Shown: one piece after another, positions 6,970 to 13,676 of the stretch | Layout of the letters: every line of letters starts with the position of its first letter | How positions within the stretch are numbered: position 1 is the first letter of the stretch | Assembly (NCBI GenBank): GCA_963813155.1 | Contig: CAWEYG010000022.1 | Coordinates: 1-13,676, forward strand | Source of the DNA: an uncultured Acidobacteriota bacterium | GTDB lineage: Bacteria; Acidobacteriota; Thermoanaerobaculia; UBA5066; DATFVB01 | Direction: 5' to 3' | DNA: 13,676 bases | Translations under genes and position numbers: made by a program | Notes under the pieces: generated by a model | Told to the model about the DNA's origin: nothing | Database searches by the model: none | What the model saw: the letters and a program-made list of their open reading frames with translations, nothing else

Positions 6970-8259
6970 CTAGAGCTCCGACTTGAAAGGCCTCAGCGCC
7001 CATTCCGTCATCCGCTTCGCGAGCGTGCGGTTCTTCCACATCGCGAGCGTGTACGGGCGGCAGCGGGACAGGTCCCGTTGGAAGGACTGTTTCATCCGCC
7101 CGGCAAACTCCGAGTCGTACACGAAGAGATTCAGCTCCTCGTTCAAGTGAAACGACCGGTCGTCGAAGTTCGCGGACCCCACGGTGGAAAAGATCCCGTC
7201 GACGACCATCGTCTTCAGGTGGTACATCGTCGGCTGGTACTCGAAGATCTTCACGCCTCCCGCCAGGAGCGGGCCGAAGAAGGAGCGCCCCGCGGCTTTC
7301 GTCGCCGGCACATCGTTCTGCTCGTCGGAAGGCACGATGACCCGGACGTCCACTCCCCGCTTGACGGCCGCGACGAAGAGCGTGACGGTCGAGTCGTCCG
7401 GTAGGAAGTAGGAATTCGCGATCCAGACTTCTTTCGAAGCGGCCGCGAGCGAGATCGCGTACACGCGCCCTGCTCCCGACATCGCCGCGAGCGGCGACGA
7501 CGGCACGACGGCGGCGGAAATCGAACCCGCCGACGGAAGAGCGGGGAAAAGGTCTTCGCCGACGAGAGCCTCTCCTGTCGTTTCCGACCAATTTTCCTGG
7601 AACGCGCGCTGAAGGCCCCGAACGGCAGGCCCGTCCACTCGCACCTGGGTGTCGCGCCAGTGTTCGGGCGAGTCAGCGCTCCCAAGCCACGGGTCGGCGA
7701 ACCCCGCCCCTCCCGTGAACCCGACCGCGCCGTCCACCACGAGGACGCGGCGGTGGCTGCGATGGTTGACGACCCAGATCACCCAGGGTTTCGTCGAGTG
7801 GAAGAACTCCACGCGGCACCCCGCTCGGCGCAGAATGTCGACGTCCGTCGCCTTCAAACGCCGGCCGGGAGATCCGACCGCGTCGAGAAGAACCCGCACC
7901 GCGACGCCGTGAGCGGCCCGTTCGGCGAGCGCGTCGCGGAAACGCGCGCCCACTTCGCCCGACCAGAAGATATAGGCCTCGAAGTTGACCGTCCTGCGGG
8001 CCGAAGCGATCGCGGCGAGCATCGCGGGAAAGATCGCGTCGCCGTTCTCGAGAATCTCGATCCGATTGCCGGACGTCATCGCCGGGCCGGGCAGGGCGGA
8101 CGGCAGAAACGTCGGCGAGGTGACTTTGAAATCGTGCGGGAGGTCGTAGACGGTCTCTTTCGGGGCGCTCGATTTCGCGATGCTGACGGCCAGCGCGTAA
8201 CCGGCGGCCACGAGGACGAGAAAGATCACGAAGTGGTGCCGGGGTCTGCGTTTTCTCAC
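6970..8259 (-). CDS. cls: Cardiolipin synthase-like phospholipase D family protein, ~429 aa
   Basis: N-terminal TM segment; LENGDAIFPAML, LLDAVGS, HRRVLVVDG..GFTGG, WRDTQV, YFLPD, YHLKTMVVDG..STVGSANFDDRSF.LNEE. GTG start at 8259 overlaps the upstream TGA (GTGA) and follows SD GGAGG. Confidence 0.88.
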   Translation of the reverse strand: MRKRRPRHHFVIFLVLVAAGYALAVSIAKSSAPKETVYDLPHDFKVTSPTFLPSALPGPAMTSGNRIEILENGDAIFPAMLAAIASARRTVNFEAYIFWSGEVGARFRDALAERAAHGVAVRVLLDAVGSPGRRLKATDVDILRRAGCRVEFFHSTKPWVIWVVNHRSHRRVLVVDGAVGFTGGAGFADPWLGSADSPEHWRDTQVRVDGPAVRGLQRAFQENWSETTGEALVGEDLFPALPSAGSISAAVVPSSPLAAMSGAGRVYAISLAAASKEVWIANSYFLPDDSTVTLFVAAVKRGVDVRVIVPSDEQNDVPATKAAGRSFFGPLLAGGVKIFEYQPTMYHLKTMVVDGIFSTVGSANFDDRSFHLNEELNLFVYDSEFAGRMKQSFQRDLSRCRPYTLAMWKNRTLAKRMTEWALRPFKSEL

Positions 8260-10247
8260 GGAGTCCTCCCCTCCAGCATTCTCATCGCTTCGAGGACGCG
8301 CGGCTGGTCCGGCCGGAGAACGAGCGAGCGGCGGAACAGCTCGAGGGCGTGATCCTTCCGGCCGAGGCACGTGTCGAGAAGCGCGAGCAGGTTCAGAGTC
8401 TCCGGCTGCGTCGTCGCCGGCTCGAATCGGCTGATCGCGTCGAGCGCGCGAGCACAATCCTTCCCTCGAAACCGGAATTCCGCAAGCGCCCGGGCGAGAT
8501 CCTCGCGGCCGGGGTATGAGGCGGCCGCGCGCTCCAGCAGGGCCTTTTCCGGACCCGGCTTGCCGGCAGCACGGTACTCGGCGGCCCAGCCGAGGACGGT
8601 GCCCGCGGGGTCCGCATGTCCCGCCGAAAGCGCGCGGAAAAGCCAATCCCGCGCGCGGTCGTCCTGACCCTTCCTCCTGTACAGCACGGCGAGGTTGAAA
8701 ATCGGCGACGGATAGTCCGGACGCATCGCGAGGGCGCGTTGAAAGTCCCTCTCGGCCCCCGCGAGGTCGCCGGAGACTTCCCGCTCGTAGAGGCCGAGGT
8801 TGTTGTACGCGCTCTCGGTCCGGCCCGGCTTCCCTCCGGAGGAGGAAGGGGCCGCCGAACGCGTGTCGCCCCCGGACAGGTACCCGAGCGATCGGAGCTT
8901 TTCCGCGTACTCGGCGGCGCTCGCGGCCGGGACCGGCGCCGCCGCGGCGCGGCGCACGGCGGGATCCACCGAAGTCGCCGCGCGGGGAGGCGCTTTCAGA
9001 TCGCGAAAGACGGGAATCGCCTTTCCCTTCATTCTCGCGGCGGGCGGGACGTCGAGCAGGGCGAGCACGGTCGGAGCGAGGTCGAACACGCTCGGTTGGA
9101 CGGCGGCGCGGCCCGGGATGACCCGCGCCCCCCACGCCGCGAAGACGCCGTCGATCCGGTGCCAGAAGGCCGCCGTCGAAGACTCGAGCGAAGAGCGCTC
9201 GCACGTCCGGTCGCTTCCCCATTTGAAGCCGTGGTCGGAATTCACGATCAGGGTCGCGCCGTCCTCGCGGGCGCGGCGCATCCACTGGCCGAGAATGCGG
9301 TCGACCGCGCCGAAGTAGGTCTCGGCCGCCCGGCGGTCCCGGCGGAACCCGTCCTCGGAGGCGCATGGAAGGCGCGGCGGCGTCTCCGCGGCGAAGACGT
9401 GGCCGATCTCGTCGGTCCCCTCGAAATACACCGCGAGCAAGTCCGGGTGTTCGCGGTCGTACAAATCCCGGGCGATCCGCTGCGTGATGCGGGTCGCTCC
9501 CACGATCCGCGCGAGCGCGACGACCGGGTCTTCCCTGCCGCGGCCGCTCGAGAGCGCGCGGGAGATTTCGTCCGGAGGCGCGTCAAGGTAGGGCCGGAGA
9601 TCCTCTCGGTTCACGGCGCCGTCCCGCGCGCGAATCGAGCCGACCATCGCGTCGAGCGCGGGAGGGTACGCGACGCCGGCCGAGACCGGGGACTCGTGGA
9701 GAATCGGGCTCGCGCGGTCCGAGACGAAGAAGCCGTCGACGACCTCCGCGGGGTACGTCGCCCACCAGCCCACGACCCCGACCTTCGCGCCCGCCGCCGA
9801 CGCAAAGTTCCAGACCGCCGGAACCGAGCGCGAAAGGCCCGAGATCGGAACTCTCGAACCGGTCGCGGGGTCGACTTCCTGGAAATCGAGGACGCCGTGG
9901 ACGTCGGGCCCGGCCCCCGTCGCGATCGTGGTCCAGACGGCCGGCGAGATCATCGGCACGAAGCTCGCGAGTTTCGCGCTCGCGCCCTCCGCGACGAGCT
10001 TCGTCCAGTTCGGGACCTTCCCCTCCGCCGAAAGCCGGTCCATGAAATCGGGGTCGAGCCCGTCGAGCCCGATCCAGATCACCGGCGTTCGGCCGCCGGC
10101 CGGCCGGGAGGAGCGCGTCGCCGTGTCGGCGTCCTCGACGGCGGCGGGACGTTCAGGCCGCGAGCCGCTCCCTCTCGGGTCGTTTCGACACGACAGGAAG
10201 CCGAGAGCCGCGCACACCCACAGGGAGAATCGAAGCGCTTTCGCCAT
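8256..10247 (-). CDS. Alkaline phosphatase superfamily (nucleotide pyrophosphatase/phosphodiesterase-like) lipoprotein with C-terminal TPR repeats, 663 aa
   Basis: Lipobox-like GFLSC. Motifs IGLDG, SPAVWTTIATG..PDVHGV, TDEIGH, SDHGF, HRIDG, LRSLGYL. TPR-like helices follow (AYNNLGLY, PIFNLAVLY, TLNLLALL...SLVLRPDQP). Confidence 0.85.
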   Translation of the reverse strand: MAKALRFSLWVCAALGFLSCRNDPRGSGSRPERPAAVEDADTATRSSRPAGGRTPVIWIGLDGLDPDFMDRLSAEGKVPNWTKLVAEGASAKLASFVPMISPAVWTTIATGAGPDVHGVLDFQEVDPATGSRVPISGLSRSVPAVWNFASAAGAKVGVVGWWATYPAEVVDGFFVSDRASPILHESPVSAGVAYPPALDAMVGSIRARDGAVNREDLRPYLDAPPDEISRALSSGRGREDPVVALARIVGATRITQRIARDLYDREHPDLLAVYFEGTDEIGHVFAAETPPRLPCASEDGFRRDRRAAETYFGAVDRILGQWMRRAREDGATLIVNSDHGFKWGSDRTCERSSLESSTAAFWHRIDGVFAAWGARVIPGRAAVQPSVFDLAPTVLALLDVPPAARMKGKAIPVFRDLKAPPRAATSVDPAVRRAAAAPVPAASAAEYAEKLRSLGYLSGGDTRSAAPSSSGGKPGRTESAYNNLGLYEREVSGDLAGAERDFQRALAMRPDYPSPIFNLAVLYRRKGQDDRARDWLFRALSAGHADPAGTVLGWAAEYRAAGKPGPEKALLERAAASYPGREDLARALAEFRFRGKDCARALDAISRFEPATTQPETLNLLALLDTCLGRKDHALELFRRSLVLRPDQPRVLEAMRMLEGRTP

Positions 10248-10280
10248 GGAGAAGCGTCGATTCTACGCGGTCCTTCGCTC

Positions 10281-12755
<2,475 letters not shown>

Positions 12756-12867
12756 CGAAGTCCTCCTGTCAATATCTACACCGACATTCGACATCCGAAA
12801 CATTGATAGTAGCGCCATTATTTCTTCAACGGAAGAATCTGAGCTTGAACAGCTTAGATATGACAGT

Positions 12868-12903
12868 GTGCGGTTTTGGGATTTTGGCGTCCCACAAGCG
12901 CAC
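12868..12903. promoter_or_regulatory. Inverted repeat, candidate upstream activator sequence for a sigma54 enhancer-binding protein
   Basis: GTGCGGTTTTGGGA-N8-TCCCACAAGCGCAC (12/14 match between arms), about 75-110 bp upstream of the -24 box. Confidence 0.55.
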
Positions 12904-12937
12904 GTTCCCGGGGTCTCCTGCGTTCTCCCATCGCTGT

Positions 12938-12950
12938 CAACTCATTGATA
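12938..12950 (-). promoter_or_regulatory. IHF-binding consensus site
   Basis: Minus strand TATCAATGAGTTG is an exact match to WATCAANNNNTTR and lies between the UAS and the -24/-12 element. Confidence 0.6.
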
Positions 12951-12978
12951 AATCGAGTGTTAGTCGAAGAGCCGTCCG

Positions 12979-12993
12979 TGGCACGGACTTTGA
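12979..12993 (+). promoter_or_regulatory. Sigma54 (-24/-12) promoter
   Basis: TGGCAC-GGACT-TTGA versus consensus TGGCAC-N5-TTGC; ends 24 nt before ATG 13018. Confidence 0.65.
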
Positions 12994-13017
12994 GCTACAG
13001 GCTGGCCGAGAGAACGA

Positions 13018-13676
13018 ATGGACATCGCACGCGATACCCGAAAGCCGAAACGCCGGCGGATCATCCTCGGAATTTCCGGGGTCCTGGCCGTACTGCTCGT
13101 CACGCTCGGCCTGAGCCGACTCAAGCCCGCCGCCCCGTCGGTTGACCGCGGAACGCTCTGGATCGATGCCGTCAAACGCGGCGAGATGCTCCGCGAGGTG
13201 CGAGGAACTGGAACGCTCCTGCCCGAAGTGGTGCGCTGGATCCCCGCGGCCACAGAAGGGCGGGTGGAACGGATCCTCGTCTACCCCGGAACCGAAGTGA
13301 AGCCGGACACCGTGATCCTCGAGCTCTCCAACCCGGACGTCATGCTGGCCTCGCAGGACGCCGCGCTGCAGCTCAAGAGCGCGGAAGCCGATTTCGTGAG
13401 CCAGCGCGTGAGCATCGAGGGGAAGCAGATGGACCAGCAGTCGACGCTCGCCTCGCTGGAGGCCGACTACAACCAGGCTTCGCGGGAATCCGCGATGAAT
13501 GAAAAACTTTTCCAGGACGGGCTCGTCTCCAGTTTAGTGCTGCAGAACTCGCGCGGGAAAGCGGAGGAGCTCTCGAAGCGTCTCGACATCGAGCGGCGGA
13601 GGCTCGCCATGAGCGGAGATTCCGTCCAGGCGCAGCTCGCGGCGCAGCGGACTCAGGTCGAAAAGGTCCAGGCGCT
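13018..13676 (+). CDS. Efflux transporter periplasmic adaptor (HlyD/MacA-type membrane fusion protein), truncated by the window end
   Basis: Not in the ORF track because it has no stop in the window. Reads MDIARDTRKPKRRRIILGISGVLAVLLVTLGLSRLKPAAPSVDRGTLWIDAVKRGEMLREVRGTGTLLPEVVRWIPAATEGRVERILVYPGTEVKPDTVILELSNPD: TM anchor, lipoyl-like half-motif, then coiled coil. Confidence 0.9.
   Translation, partial: MDIARDTRKPKRRRIILGISGVLAVLLVTLGLSRLKPAAPSVDRGTLWIDAVKRGEMLREVRGTGTLLPEVVRWIPAATEGRVERILVYPGTEVKPDTVILELSNPDVMLASQDAALQLKSAEADFVSQRVSIEGKQMDQQSTLASLEADYNQASRESAMNEKLFQDGLVSSLVLQNSRGKAEELSKRLDIERRRLAMSGDSVQAQLAAQRTQVEKVQA

Noticed and set aside
6270-6986. Alternative ORFs 6270..6920 (-), 6443..6973 (+) and 6582..6986 (+)
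   Set aside because: They have no motifs and two overlap the 6508 gene. The 6554-6943 minus frame explains the region better.
8260-9366. N-terminal 368-aa extension of the 798-aa cls ORF
   Set aside because: Overlaps the phosphodiesterase/TPR gene in another frame and is low-complexity Arg/Gly/Pro. The real start is GTG 8259 with an SD.
12800-12850. Sigma32-like promoter for lon (GTTGAA...CTACTATC on the minus strand)
   Set aside because: The -10 element matches CCCCATNT poorly, so it is too weak to call.

Overview
GC-rich bacterial chromosomal window; the gene repertoire suggests Acidobacteriota, probably Thermoanaerobaculia-like (inference). In order: a secreted Asp-box/BNR beta-propeller protein (+), an HpnR-like B12-binding radical SAM enzyme (-), a secreted protein with a C-terminal 'CTLSQGYWKNH' domain (+) followed by a UUCG hairpin, and tRNA-Gly(GCC) with a sigma70 promoter. 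A minus-strand run follows: Lon protease, an alkaline-phosphatase-superfamily/TPR lipoprotein, a cardiolipin-synthase-like PLD, a small signal-peptide/HxH/CxxC/RGPP leader ORF, a secreted protein and a small ParB/Srx-like protein. The last two are broken by many frameshifts. The window ends in a truncated efflux periplasmic adaptor gene preceded by a sigma54-type promoter (inverted-repeat UAS, IHF site, -24/-12). The most interesting signal is the DUF2946/CruR/CutF-like leader ORF: its RGPP codons can base-pair with the region carrying the Shine-Dalgarno of the next gene. This suggests a ribosome-arrest translational switch controlling two uncharacterised genes.
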